DNA of 64,000 nucleotides from Plasmodiophora brassicae (Eukaryota): NCBI GenBank assembly GCA_036867785.1, contig CP145418.1, positions 62,001 to 126,000 of the forward strand, read 5' to 3'. Shown piece by piece: positions 24,309 to 38,156 of this stretch (position 1 is its first letter; each line of letters starts with the position of its first letter). The notes under the pieces were generated by a model. It saw only the letters and a program-made list of their open reading frames with translations, ran no database searches and was not told where the DNA came from. The position numbers and the translations under genes were made by a program.

Positions 24309-27300
24309 CTACGATGGAGGTGACGCGGGCTCCAGCCTGATGCTGCGACTCGTCGAGCGCGTCGGGGACGGGCCCCGGGCGCCAGGCAGCGACCTGTCGA
24401 TCGAGGGCGACGCCGCCGACGACTGCGACACGATCGTCATCGACGGCGCCGATGGCAGATGCGCCGACGACCGCCGTCGTAGGAAACCGAAGCCGTCGTT
24501 CGCCGCCCAGTTCGTGTGCCGGGCGCCGGCCGCTGTCGGCGACGCCATCGGTGTGCTCTGCGATCGCGCTTAGGGGGGGCCCTTGCAGGGGGATTACACG
24601 ATGGCGCTGCCGAACATCCTTCCTTACCGGCGTGCTGGTCATTCCGCTGCTGTGCTGCCGGTACAGAGCCGGATAGAGCATGGAGGGGGCGCGGTGCAAG
24701 GTCGGGCGCGGCGACTCGGACGGGGGCTTGGGCGGCGCGGGCGTTTCGCCAGGCGGCCCCCGGCTGGAGATGAGCGACAGGCGCCGCGAGTGCTGCCAGT
24801 ACAGCTGGCGTCGTCTGCGAGCCCATTCGCCGCTCCAGGTGAACTCCTGGATCTCCTGCTCCGACTGGCGAGCCGGCGACGGCGACCCGGGCGGCGCGCC
24901 CGCCGCACCCAGGTCAGGCGCGTTCGTTCGCGCGGGCCGGACAGGAGAGAACGCGGGCGCTGGCGTTGGCGAAATGGGTCTAGGCGCTGCTGACGGCGGT
25001 CCTGGAGGCGGGAGGGAACCGGGTGCCGGTGGAAGTGAGGGCTGCCGAGATGCGACAGGCGACGCTGATCGGCTGCCCGCGATGTCGTCATCACCGGCTG
25101 CGTTCAGCCAGGGCACGCAAGCGTGTGAGCCGCACGTGCGCTGCAGAACGACTTCAACGCATCGGATCGTTTCGGGGCGCAGCGCAGGATGGCTGTCCTG
25201 CAGGTCCAGCAGCGTCTGCACGAGGGTTAAGCCTTGCGGCCCGCGAATCTGAGCGCACGTCCAGTCCAGATGCGTCAGGACGCTGCCCAGCAGCACCAGC
25301 ACGTGCCGCTGCAGGTCCACAGGGCCGTCGCGAAGCATGTCCGTCCAGATGGCTATCGGCCTCGCGTCCCCGTAATGCCTAGACACGACCCCGTGTTAAC
25401 GTATCTCGACAACGGCCGCAATCGTCCCGACACGTACTTCATCCACTGGGCCATCGGGGGACCGACAGCCTCGCTCAGCGAATCTAGTCGGCCTCTTTCG
25501 TACGCCGCCATCACAACGCCCATGTCGGGATTCGCCTGCTCGCACGCGCGGCGTACGCCCCGAATGGCGGCGACCGAGGCCGGCCCACCAGTGCCCTGCT
25601 CCAGCCATGGAAGCAGGGCAGCGACGTTCACGAGGATTCGGGAATCGGATGGGTCGATGAATGCCCCGAACGTTGACGCTGTCAGGCGTGAAAGTAGCAC
25701 CCACGCGGGCTGTCTGGTAACCTGAGCACACAATGTCAGGGACGGCCGTAAACACCAGACGAGCATCCCTAACCTCCCGGCTGAGCCCACGAAGCACGAG
25801 AGGTTGCAGGCCGGAGAAGGGCGCCGGTCGCATACGCATGATGGCAATACGGACGGCCTGGTCGTCCACCTCAATCTTGTCCAGGACGAGGATGAGGAGC
25901 GACGCCGCGTGAACAAACACATGCCCCGGTGATGCGTCATTGCCGATCAAGTCGACGCATCTCCAGAGTAACGCGGGGAAGGCTCCAAGCCCACGTGCGT
26001 CGGCCTTCGGCAAACGGTCGCACGTGACGACGAGCGTAGCGAGGATATCGCTGACGACGTCGTCGACAACGCTCAGTGCGGGTTCCAGCTCCTTGACGCA
26101 GGCATGCAACTCAGGGACGTCCATGGTGTCCGTCAGGATGCGGCAGATCTGATAGGACCTTGACGATATCAGTGGGGATCGCGCCCGGAACCGCGTCGCC
26201 CAGCGCAGGGCGTGCCGAGCCCATTGCCGTGCAACGACGCCGTTCCGGTCGACATCGCACAGGCGGACCAGACTCTCGACGACGGATGCCATGGCGTCCG
26301 CCGACCGCAACGTCAGGTTGCTCTCGCTGATCATCTCGCGAGGCCATGGCGCCTTGCCTTCCGTTGACATCAGCTTGTCCATCAGGCGACGAGCGTCACT
26401 ACGCCGCGCGACACGTCGGCGGTGTTCATCCTATGCGTATATTCATCGGCAGGTGCACAACGAACCATCAACATGCAACAGCGCACCTCGTTGACGCGAT
26501 TGCTATCGGCATCGGCATCGGGCATGCCGCGGAAACTGACAGCATGGATCAGGTTGACAAGAATGAACTTGGCACTGTCGCGAATGGCGAACACGTCGTG
26601 GTCGAGAGCAATCAAGGCCACGTGGATCATGAACATGATGTGCGACTGGAACGGCGACAGTACACTGGGGTCCATTTCGTAGGCGACTTCGACCAGCAGC
26701 ATCAGGGCAACAGCGGAGCTGGACGGCTTGCCCATAGGAACCGTGGATGCCCTGACTGGAGATTTCTTCCTCTGTCCAGGTCGATGACCAGCATACGCGC
26801 CTCCAACCTACGAGTCCACCACGGGTGAGTACGCCGATAGGGACGAGTGCCTCATCAGTCCAAAGCGACCTCGGATGGTGGGTACAGGTGATGGACAGGG
26901 TAGCGCTTCTCGGAAGACGGCTGCTGATCCAGCCGTTGCAATGTCGCGTGTAGTAAGCCGACTTCATCAACGAATGGCGCCGATGCTGCCGCAGCGGGCA
27001 GAACGTGACCAAGAACGGGATCAGGGTCATCTTCGATTTCGGCAATCATCGTTTGAATCGTTTCCGTCGGTGCCACTCTTGACAGGTACAGGGCGATTCG
27101 CTTGGACGTGTCGATGACGAGCCTGGACCCGGCGTCGTTTTCGTTAATGTCGATGAGACTGCATTTCAGGACCAGGAATCGGAGCGTGACGATGACGTTG
27201 GAGGGTACGGTCCTTGCCAGTTCTCTCCAGATCGACTGCAATTCAACTGCGAAATGTGTCCCTATGCACATACGTTCAGAAACGCACGTCGACAATGGAC

Positions 27301-30300
27301 GCGCGCTGCATTACCATGTTCGACAGACACGCGAAACAGCAGTTCCAGGATGTTGTTGCCCAGAGGACCCGCCAGGTCAATGCCGTGTATCCATGGCTGC
27401 CCGTAGCGTAGCATGATGAGCTTGTCCATCGACGGCACTGCCGGCAGGTATCGCGAGAGAGTAGCGACGAACTCGCTGCGGCAATCGGCGTACTCGTGGG
27501 CAAGGCGCGACGATATTTCAACCTGGGCCTGCAAATACGAATCTTGCAGACGAGACGTAACGATCATGTGCGGGGCATGGCGACCGGAAACACGGCCAGG
27601 GCGCTGTTCGAACAAACGGTCAGACGCCATGCAAATGCGATGCGGAACGTCGAACGTCAAATACCTTCTCCGCCAGCACGGGTATCATGTCCAGAGCCAT
27701 CGACCGGACCGTGAACGACGAATCGCCCAGTTTGTACACGACCAAATGGACTAGCTCGGGCAGCGGGATCCTCGCACGGATGTCGTTCATCCAGAATTCG
27801 CCCAGGACAAGGAAGTACCGCCTCGCAACGATGGAATCGCCGCCGTAGCAATTCGCCAGGTAATGAGTAACCAGAGCCGGCGACGTGCATGACGTGAGAA
27901 GATTGTGCAGCGCCAGAGAGCCGACATCGCGAATGTCCAGCCGGGGATTCCGTAAAGCGCTATGCACCCATGGGAAAACGACCTGTGCACTGGCGCGGTT
28001 AGTCTGAGGCGAACGGAAGGAAGCGTACAGGTACTGACCGCGTCCGGGATAGCACCGTCGGCTTCAAAGTAGGGCCCCAGCAGGAGTGCAGCCATTGCCG
28101 CCAACGTAGTCGCATCCTGTCCTCTCCCGATTCGTGCTAGAGTTGTGAACGTCGAGACGCGTAGGGCGTGGTCCAGAGGACGGCTGCTGGGAGCTGCATA
28201 ACACTGCCCAGCAATCCGTTCGACGACGACCGAAAAGTGCTGAAGCTCTGCACCGCAACCCAATGCGTGCCTCTCAAGTTGCATTCTGGTGCGTTCGATC
28301 CAAGCCGTAAACCGCATTCGCAGGGTGTCGTTGTCGTGGAGAAGCTCCGACGTGACGCCCTCGGCGAGGAGACTGTGGACATGGGCGCATCGAAGGCGCA
28401 CTTCAGGACCGTCAGCATCGCCGGCACCCAAACTGCCCAGAACGACGTCGATGTTGTCGGGAGCGACATTGCCAAGCGCTGTCGTACAGATCGCCGCCAG
28501 CAACGACGAAGACGATGACGATCGCACGACCTGAATGGTGGCCTCGATGCAATACCGTGTCGGGCGGGTTGCCAAAGCCAGAATGCCAATGTTACGCTGC
28601 TGCCAGATTGTCGAAGACGAATTCGCGGCGCCTGCCTTGGACTTGCCCATGATCAAGTTTGTCAGTCGTAGAGCGGCCTCGGCACCGGCGACACGAATGC
28701 CGTCACCGCCAACGAGGGAGCGTGCGACCTCGGCCAATATCAACGACCACCTGTCCTGGTCGCGGGCGCAGGTCGCCGCGTGGATAACGCGGATCGCTGA
28801 TGAGCGCTCACACAGGGCAATGACCGCGCTGCGATCAGCAACGGCACATGCCTGATCTGTCGATTCGGAGCAGGCGGCAACACCCTCCAGTTCTGGCAGA
28901 GATCGACGGCTCGCTGCAGCAACGATCGCATCCTCGTGAGATTCGATCAATTCGATGGCCGAAAGCCTGATTCGACGCCGCCCTTCGTATGCCTGCACGC
29001 AGCATATACCACTCAGATACGCTTGATAACAACGGCGCTTGGCGCACTAACCGAGGGCGATTGCGCCTGGATTTGTTCCACGACGTCGTCATCATCATCG
29101 TCACCGACTTCGACACCGAGGTCGTCACCAACGGCGCCCTCCGTTTGACGTCGGACACTGTCCAGGATACGGAGGCACGTCAGACGAACGCGCGGGGATG
29201 ACGAGGTCAGCCAGAGCAACGCGGAGCCCTCGACGTTGGGCCCCGCGGGCCGGTTGGCCTTCTCGGCGATTCGCGCAACGACGTCGAGCAGGTGCAGTGC
29301 AACGGCAACGCAGCCGATCGGCACCTCACTCAGCAAGTAATCCGCCAGCCGCGATATGAATCGGACGCGCAAGTCGTCGTCGTCACCAGCATGAATGTGA
29401 TCGACAACAAAGGCGGCCGCGGCACGTACACCTGGATTCACGTGGATCAGGGCCTGGCAGATCATGCGCAGTAGATCGGCATCGGGAACGGTGGGCGCCC
29501 CAACGAATGGCAACGCAGACAATGCGAACCTGTACACGACGATCGGCAATGTCACTGATTCCACATTGGTCGACGGCAACGACGCTGGGGACGTGCAGTG
29601 AAAGCAATCGTCCCCGGCGATAACAGCGTCAGACGACATGGCAGCGGTCGCCGATTTCTCAGCATGCTCGTCGGTTAGCAAAGTCTCCCCGACTAGCGAG
29701 TGACAGCGCACGAGGATCTGCCCGAGCCTAGCCCCGATATGGTCCGCGCAGGCACCGAGATCGGCGGCGCGGAACGTCTGCAACTTCTGCAGGCGGTCGT
29801 CGATGGCGTCTAGCGTCGTCGGAATTGATGGCCCGACCTGCAGGCGGAACCCGGGTGGGACAAGCGTCCCTATTGTTGACGTGAACAAACGCATCCGTTG
29901 CTCCCCACGATCAAAGATAGCGATCAGGGCGCGTAACGCCAGCTGCACGTACTCGTTGATGCAGTCCGTACCCGCCATCGTCAGCATCCGAACTATAACC
30001 TGACGATAGGATCGGTTACCGGAAGTGTTCTTGCCGATGTCGCTAGACGTACCTCTTCTAGGCAGTAGTCGAACTTGCCCTCGGCTACAGTCAGGATCAG
30101 GGCCACCATGCCATCGTGTTCCATCTGGTGCGTTCCGTCTGCATAAGGCAGCCGACGATGAGCGCCGAATAGGACCCGCCGAACGACAGTGTCCAGGTTG
30201 TTGCTCGTGGCATTCTTCCGAAACGCAACCTGCTCAAGGTAGACATGCAACAACCGCTGCATGCACGCCAAGGCGATCAGCCTCGTGTCCCGCTCGTCAT

Positions 30301-31343
30301 AAAAGGCAATGAGCGCCTCGAGCAGGACGCCGAAGTTCGTGATGAAATGCTCGGGCTCGCAAACGCACAGGACGACTGTCATCAACGGATACACGATAGG
30401 CCGCTGGCGAGGTTTGCGCGCTCGTCGGCGAACATCAACGTAGATGTGCGTCATCAGCGCGTACCACTTCGTGAGGGTGACCGAGGTTATCGGCGGCTGA
30501 ACCTGTCCGAAGGCGTCGTTAAAATGACGTGGACGCGCGTACGAAGCCTGAGCGGTGTACCGCGAGTGGGTAGAGAATCGCAGTTAGCGCTTCAGTGACA
30601 GCATCGCGAACAGCAGGGCGTTGCGTCGCCTCCATCAATCGTAGGAGAGCGCGAACGACATCCATCGATTGCTCGACGGCATCCTCGGTTTCCAGCGACA
30701 GCTGGACGGCCCGAAGTCCACGAACAAGCTGAACGGCGACATGTGTATCCTCCCGGTCGATATCGCCAAGGAACGCGCGAATCGTCGCATTGAGCCTCGT
30801 TTGGGACAGGTGCCCGATCAGCAGGGTCCACAGGTCGAGCAGGTAAGCAGGACGTCCTGTCGGAAGCGCCATGTCCGAACAGGAAAACCATTGCACGACG
30901 AGCGGGCGCGACTGAGCCAGGTGTTCAAGTCTTTGTGCTTCCCTGCCACCAAATGTGGGCTAACTGTGTCCGGACCTGCACCGGCATCGGACGACGTACC
31001 TTCGCATGTGCTCGATGGCGGCGCCCTCGACATGAACAGCGAACGATTCGTCGATGGGCCCATCATACCGTGACAGAGCAGCAATGCATGCCTCGGCAAA
31101 CACGATATCGACGGCAGAATGGACCTGGGCTGATGCCGACTCGGCTAGCAGCAGAGAGTGGCGCTCGTTCCTCCACCGTTGCAACGCCCGCAGGATGCCA
31201 TGCACGCAATGTTCACACAGCTGAGATACAGTCTGCAGCAGAATATCGATTGGCGTATCGGGCGGGAACGCCACAGGCTGATTCGCGGCAAGTGCGGCCA
31301 GATGGGAGACGCGTGCGGATCCGACCCGATCCAGATCGGCCAT
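24309..31343 (-). CDS. FRY: Furry/Tao3/Mor2 (MOR2-PAG1) cell morphogenesis scaffold protein, multi-exon
   Basis: Long helical protein with LRALQRWR, YPLMTVVLCV, ELQSIWRELA...NVIVTLRFL, SKRIALYLSR, WARHALRWAT...SSRSYQI. A final intron (GTAAGG...CGCAG) places the stop at 24309. Confidence 0.8.
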
Positions 31344-31686
31344 GACCCGACGCGTCACGACCTGGCATGGACACGCTGGCCTAGGGTCGACGTTCGCCCT
31401 CCTGCGATGCTGACGACGATGTGATCGGGGCGAAGACGCCATCGTGACGACGATGTCACCCCCTTCCCCCTCTCCCAAAATACGTTATGACACGACAGCC
31501 ATGGGACGGGATCATTTCTGTACGGCAGTCGGGGGCAGTCACAGGACCCATCGACCACCGCTCTGCAACGGCAAAGTGGGCCTGTCTGGCAGGCGGCTCG
31601 ATAGACGACGACAATGGTGTATTCGGGTCTGCCGGCCATCTGCGAATCAATACTTTAAGGGCATTGTATGGAGCTAAAACCTTCTC

Positions 31687-34600
31687 CTACGACATTCGTT
31701 CCGAAAGAACCAGTTCCATGACCTCTTCGAACGTGAGGACTTTGTGGTTCGAGCGGAACACGGGAGGGCATCCGTACGACTTCAGGATCATGTTGCCCAG
31801 GACGCGCCCTATCCGACCGTTGCCATCCTCGAACGGGTGGATGAAGCAGACGATAACGTTGAACACGTAGAAAGCGTGTAGAACGGGTGGCATCGATTTC
31901 GAGTCACCCCGTAATTCGTTCTCGAACATTCGGATGAGCTCGGGGACCTGGGACAACCTGACTTAGAAGACACCCGCCGACAGGGCCAAAGCAGTCTGAC
32001 CTCCTCAGCCGGCGCAAACACGCGATAGAACTTGTAGAACATGTGCGACCCGACGGCCAGCGTCTGCCTGAACTCGCCTCTCGTCGTATCCTCTTCGAGC
32101 TGTAGACATCGGTGCATTTTACGCAGCGTGTCGCATGTCACAAGCTCGCTCGGTTCCATGGCTCTCAGCATGTCGCTTCCAAGTTCCGCCAGCGCGTCGC
32201 TCTCATTAGCTGGTTCTGGAGCCGGAGGTCCTGCGAACCCGAAGAACCCGCGTGTCCGGGAGCTGTTCCATGGCGACACCGGACGATGGGACCCAGCAGC
32301 GTCGAACACCTCCCCGGATGACAGGCTCAGTCGAGCGCGATCAGGAACGGGTGGGCACCCACTCTCCAGTTGCTCGCGATGAGGAGATTGCGCATACAGT
32401 GAATCTACAACGAAAGGGTCAGTTTCTGTGGGGGCAGATGAATGTCGTGCGGCAGACAAAGGTTCGCCTTTAGCGCCGCAATATGTGAGAATACAGGGCT
32501 TCGTGGCTTGCCGGGGCCGAAATACGGGACGTTGAAAGTGTCTTGCAACTTCTTCAGCGCGTGCTCGGCCTGAGACCGTATCGGGCTCTCAGAATCCTAC
32601 AGCAATTCAACGTCAATTTTCCTTCACGTTCAAATGATGCATTATCGTCTTACCAGCAACGGGGATACAGTGTAGAGAAAGTGGAATATATGAAGCAGCT
32701 TTGGGCGCAAGGCGTCGCATGCGACGATATGATCAACAACCCATAAAAGAAAGGGCATTGCTGCTTTGTGGTCCTCACTAGTCATGGACAGACCCCAAGA
32801 GGAGAACTGTTCCCAGACATTCAGCTCAACGAGTAGCTGGACGATGAAAGGCAGGTTGGCGACTACAGACGACGAGGTATTCGTAGGCGAGCCAATCACA
32901 TCAGAGTCGTGCCCAAGGACCCGCGATATTGTAGACAGGAACCCGGTCCGCGACACTTCGCCGTCTTGTAGCTGTGCACACGCAACGAGCAACTCAGCCG
33001 TCATAGAAAGGATCCCGACTGCTTCCGAGAGCACTTTCTCGTTTCGCGGCCTCGGCTGGTCATCCTATAGCATAGTATTAGAACACGGAATGGCTCGCAC
33101 ACGACATATGACCCACAAGGAATACTACGTAGGCAATAGCTTGATCATTGTCTGAAACGCGAACGGGCAGTGCGAGCGCTGACAGCAAACCAGCTGCACG
33201 AGCCATTGGCGCACAGAAGAAGGCTGTTTGACTGATCTCTGACAGGTTCTCGATCCAAACAGGTTTTCCTGAAAACCCGTTATGCGATGACACGAGCGGC
33301 CGAGCGGGACACTAACCGGTGCGGATAGGAACACCGGAGAAGAAAACAGAGCCTTCGATCAGAAGGGATAGGCTCGACAAGCGGAATCGATAGATGCTCG
33401 ACGTCTGAACATCGTCACGGGAGTAGGATGCAACGGCGCAGCACTGCAGCGCTAGACGAGACGGGTTCGCGAACCAGACCTCGCCATATGCCCACTTCCG
33501 TGCAGTGGCGATATGGCGCAAAGCGAGTTTCAGGGCCACATGAACTAACATGCGGACGCACTCAGTGTCAAGCCACGCCTGCCATGAGTAGATGCCGCCG
33601 ACCTAAGTTGCGACGCTGACCGAAACGGATACAGCACGGCGCGTCACCATCCAGCTCCATCAGATTTCCCTTCGGGTCATCAAGTGGTGTTGGCTCACGA
33701 AGGGTGGATTTGTTCTCCGGATCAAGGGTCTCAACGATTTCAAGTAAGTTTCGACGGGCGGCTTCATGGTGCGGATCAGCTCCCCAGCTGTTACATACGG
33801 TCAACAGAGAGCAGGTAAGAGGACGATGCACGAAGCTCCAACCGGTCCACAGCATCGGGTTTCGCTCCACGCTCAAGCAAGAACAAAACCAGCTCCTTGT
33901 TTCCTAAACAACAATGTGACCTCAGCTGACGCCATCAGGGGCACCACCGGCTGTCCTGACCACTTGCGGCCGCAAGATGCAGAGGAGTTCGCCCATCGTA
34001 ATCGGTTCCATTAACATCGACATGGTCGTTATCAACCAGGTGACGCACGGCAGGTAGGTCGCCCGATCCGCAGGCGGCAATCAATTGGTACAGCACAGCT
34101 TTACGTTGAACGTCGCCGAGCATGGCACCTTTCTCTTCAAGGTAGCGAACGACATCTTGACAATCGTTCGCTATAGCCGCTTGCAGCGGAGTGATCCCGA
34201 AACGGTCGACAACGTCAACGGGAACGCAGGCCCGTTCAACCAGAAACTTGCAGACGAGCATGTTCCCGCTGGCAGCAGCAGCGTGCAACGGCGTTCTAAG
34301 GTCGTAGTCACCGAGCGTCAGGTCGGCGCCGCGACACGCCAACGCTTCGAGATCACCTACAGAAAGACACAATTTACGGGCGGGTTCAAATCCGTTCCGG
34401 AACGCTCTGAGACTGTACCTAAGCGACCTTGTTCGGCCAGTGAGCACAGTTTAACAGCCAGGTCCGTTCTGGACACCATCGACACGTGCTGAGCGCCATG
34501 TGCAACGAGGTATTCGGCAACATTGAAATGGCCATTGTTGATGGCGCAGAACAGCGGCGTATATCCCCATAGGTCCTGCGCGTTGATGTCGCCGTTCTGT

Positions 34601-35088
34601 TCAATGAGAAATTCCACCACCCGTAATCGCCCATAAGCAGCCGCCAAGTGCAGAATCGTCCTCTGTTCGTTGTCGCGCTGCCAGACGTCCGTCCCTGTCA
34701 GCATCAACCATTCAATGGTTTCCAGGTCGCCCTTAGCGGCGGCAGCGAAAAGCCGATCGAGTTGCATCGATCGAATCGCCTCATCGGCGAGGTTCGTCGT
34801 CGACGCCGACGATGACAACGTCCTCGCGGTTCGCAAACTACGTTCGGACAGGGCGAAGGCCGTTGCAGATGGCACCATAGAGACTTGGCCCGGCGATCCA
34901 GGGTAGAAATGGTGATCGCAGCGCGGGGCGACCACGCCCCGCTGTCGCTGCCGATTACAGAACGCGCAGTTGGCGTCGACGTCGTTGCCGAACGAGGCGA
35001 TCCGGTGGGCGGCCACCGGCGATATCGATCGCGATGCGCTGGCCCCGGACCTGGATCCGGCCGAGGCCCCGGTCGAGTTGCGCCTCAT
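31687..35088 (-). CDS. Ankyrin repeat - GAF-like - helical - Fic domain protein (putative AMPylase), about 10 exons
   Basis: Ankyrin repeats (RTILHLAAAYG, YTPLFCAINNG, RTPLHAAAASG, RTPLHLAAASG); GAF-like WAYGEVW...GKPVWIENL...ARAAGLLSALALPV; C-terminal HPFEDGNGRIGR. Short introns link the exons in frame where traced. Confidence 0.78.
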
Positions 35089-35381
35089 GACGTCTGGGCG
35101 ACGACGGCGGCGGCGCGTCGCAGCAGGCGAGCGTCGGGGATCAGTCCGACTGCCCAGGCAGACACGGCATGCCCCACGCACCCAAAACGACGACGCGACT
35201 CGTACGGGATGATCAACAGCGCAAGTGGGCCCAGCCAAGCCCCAACTCCCGGACAGGCGTCAACAATTGGCGGTCGACAGCGCCGAACGACGTTGAGGTT
35301 CCGCCGGCATGCGCTATTTTTGGTTGCTCGTCGCGTTTGGCCGAATGCCGTACAGGCCAGGGGGAAGACGCGCATCGTTTA

Positions 35382-36465
35382 TCATTCGTCGACGAGGTTG
35401 GAGCACGGGGCCGTGTCGGCGGGGGTCTGTTTCGCGGACGACGCAGGCACAACGTTGATGGCGTCACTGGGCTTGGACGTCATCGCGATTTTGGAGGCCA
35501 ACTTGGTAAAGCCCTGCTTGAGTTCGTACGGGACCCACCTGTCCGGACGATCATCAGCGGTGGATCAGTTGGAATACAATGAATAAAATGGCAACGCACG
35601 ACAGCGAGCAGGAGCAGACGACAATGAGGTTGATGGACAGTTCGAATGCGCAAATGGTGTTCTTGATGGCAGTGGACACCGGCTCGAATCGCGGGGCGAT
35701 CAGGTCCTCGATAACAATGTATAGCAGCGTCGTCATCGTGCACGACAGGGCGATGGACGATGCAACCATGTTCTTGATCGCCATGCTCCTGTATTTGGAT
35801 TGGAGCTGGGCGCTGTGGCTCGCGGCGTGCATGGTCTGAATATGGGCGTGGACAGCGGTCGTAAACTTACGAATCAGTAGAGTCGTAAGGAAGGATGCGG
35901 CCAGGAACAGAAGCGCAACGATGTAGAAGGGATAGTAGGTCAGGCAAGGACCGCCCTCTTCGCTGATGTAGATCTCCGTCTCCGTGACGGCGCCGAACAC
36001 CGCTCCGAATGGGACGCAGGACAGAATCCCGAGCTGGATCAGGCGCATCAGCCACGATGAGGCGGACTGCTCGTCGACGAGCAGCGCTCGAGCATGCAGG
36101 AACTGTAGCACGAATGCGACGGAGACACAGTCTGGATCACATTGGACCATGAGTCAGACACTATGCGGCGGCAGGCCAGCGCTGTGATCCGCTTTACAGA
36201 AGAATGGTACCGACTGGGCAACAACCGCGCACAGGATGGTATCGGCGGCCGTGAACCGGAACAGCCACTGTGTGGCGACGAGGGCCTTCGTAACGGCAGT
36301 GATCGAGGATGTGCCCAGGATGGTCCACAGAATGGTCGTCGCCCTTTCGGTCCTAGCCACCGTAATGCCTGTACAGACGGCGACCAGGGCGGCGCCACAG
36401 GCAACGATGGCGCAGGCCGTCCCCGCCATCTGGCTTGTAATACGGACGTCATGTGGGAGCGGCAT
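35382..36465 (-). CDS. Multi-pass (GPCR-like, about 7TM) membrane protein, two introns
   Basis: Successive hydrophobic segments, Cys at the start of TM3 (ILCAVV) and in the ECL2 position (GPCLTYY). The last exon WVPYELKQ...LVDE* is joined by a GT-AG intron. Start may be 36429. Confidence 0.6.
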
Positions 36466-36629
36466 CGTATGGGGCCGCCAACGAGAGTTTATACTCGACT
36501 GTTGGCGTCGAGCGGCCAGTCATAGGACCTGTGGACGCCAGTGGAATGTGTCAATGTGACACGAAGCGCAGCTCAGTGAGGGTCATTAATGTCCCAGAAC
36601 GTGTCCAGCAGCGGCAGACTGAACATACT

Positions 36630-38156
36630 TTATATAACGTTTTCGTATTGGATGAGGTCGGCTGTGGCGGCCTGTGTGGCCACCTGGTCCTGTAGCTCCA
36701 CGTACGCCTTCGTCTGCATGAACCGCAGGAACACGTCGGCGACGAGCACGCGGAACACCTCGTCCTGGCACCCGTCGAACGCTGTAAACATCCCCTTGTA
36801 CAGTCGCCAGGTCTCGTCGTCGAACTCGCTCTGCACATCGCTTGGGCGCACGTTCACACCGGCCGTTGTCGAGGCCGCCCCGGCGACGGCGTCAGCGACG
36901 ACCGTTTCGGGTTGGGGCGTCGTTGCCGTCTGCTCGATCTGCCGAATGGCCTTCAGGATCTGCTGCCGCTTCATGGAGCTGATGTTGATCGGGCTGCGTG
37001 CCGTGTCGCTCAGGTACTGGTCCCGAATCGCCACCATGCGTTGGACCAGGGCGCGGTCCAGGCCCTGGCCGTCGTTATTCGTGCGCCGCTTCATGACCGC
37101 GTAGACGTTGTCCTTGAACAGGTCTGCCTCCTTCCAGAACCCCGCCTCTTCCTCACAATGGCGCTCCTTGCAGAAGTCGTGGAACGCGGCCCATAGCTGA
37201 GCGTTGGCGAACACGGCCAGCAGCTCCTGCCCACGCTCGTCGACCACGTCCACCTGCATCTCCTCGGGCAGATCCTGCAGCGGCACCGCCCTGTTCCGTA
37301 CCAGCGGGTACGTGACACAGATGATGGACAGGACACCGACGAACAGGCACTTGTAGAACGGACCCAGGGCGACGTTCTGTACACCGAGGAAAATCACCTT
37401 CGTCAGAGCCAGCAACGCGAAGGCAAACAGCTCCAGGTAATGGAGCCGCAGGACGGCGCCGGTCAGCATCCGATAGTCTTTCAGGCCGGTGTTCCCTTTG
37501 ACGACGGTGAAGGTGGACCAGACCTTGAACGCGAACACGAACACGTATATGAGCAGGTCCTCGTACCCACCCAGGAGTGACAGCTCGTACAGGTTGGACT
37601 GGGCGACGTCGTTGACAAAGATGGCGATGGCGTCCCAGATTGTGTAGATGGCCAGGACGGTTAGGACGATAATCGCGGGGATCATCGACCCGACGTGCAT
37701 TTGGATGCCGACCAGGACGGCCAGGATCGGGTGCAGAAAGACCAGGGCTTGCACCTGGCTGACGACCTGCCATAATCGTTCGGGGGCGCCCGCCTTCAGG
37801 TCATGCGGATCTTCCGCCATGATGGCAACGCAGGAGGCGATGCCCAAGCAGGACACGAGTGACATGGCGGCGTAGACGCAGGTGGAGATCGTTCGAGTGC
37901 TGACCGATGGCGCGGTGCCGTTACTCTTGCTCGTCCCCGAGGAGACCGTTGACCGCATGCGCTTCCTGATGGCGCTGGGTGCTGGCAGCGACGTCTTCCG
38001 GCTGGACGGGTTCCCATACGTGCTGTTGCCCGTCTTGGACCGGTTCGCATACGCCTGGTGCACACGCAGGTGAAGAACCCAGATGATGGCGTTCAGGGCG
38101 ACGATGAGGATGGCGACGATTGCGCTGGATGCGATGACGGCCGGTGCCGCCGCCAT
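36630..38156 (-). CDS. 7TM-RGS protein (intronless)
   Basis: About seven hydrophobic helices, then an RGS box: FHDFCKERHCEEEAGFWKE, QYLSDTARSPINISS, FDGCQDEVFRVLVADVFLRFMQT. Confidence 0.88.
   Translation of the reverse strand: MAAAPAVIASSAIVAILIVALNAIIWVLHLRVHQAYANRSKTGNSTYGNPSSRKTSLPAPSAIRKRMRSTVSSGTSKSNGTAPSVSTRTISTCVYAAMSLVSCLGIASCVAIMAEDPHDLKAGAPERLWQVVSQVQALVFLHPILAVLVGIQMHVGSMIPAIIVLTVLAIYTIWDAIAIFVNDVAQSNLYELSLLGGYEDLLIYVFVFAFKVWSTFTVVKGNTGLKDYRMLTGAVLRLHYLELFAFALLALTKVIFLGVQNVALGPFYKCLFVGVLSIICVTYPLVRNRAVPLQDLPEEMQVDVVDERGQELLAVFANAQLWAAFHDFCKERHCEEEAGFWKEADLFKDNVYAVMKRRTNNDGQGLDRALVQRMVAIRDQYLSDTARSPINISSMKRQQILKAIRQIEQTATTPQPETVVADAVAGAASTTAGVNVRPSDVQSEFDDETWRLYKGMFTAFDGCQDEVFRVLVADVFLRFMQTKAYVELQDQVATQAATADLIQYENVI

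Noticed and set aside
33351-33368. SLLIEG matches the Fic inhibitory motif (S/T)xxxE(G/N)
   Set aside because: It lies inside the GAF-like domain where GAF domains often have a GEG-like turn, far from the Fic core. Probably coincidental without structural support.
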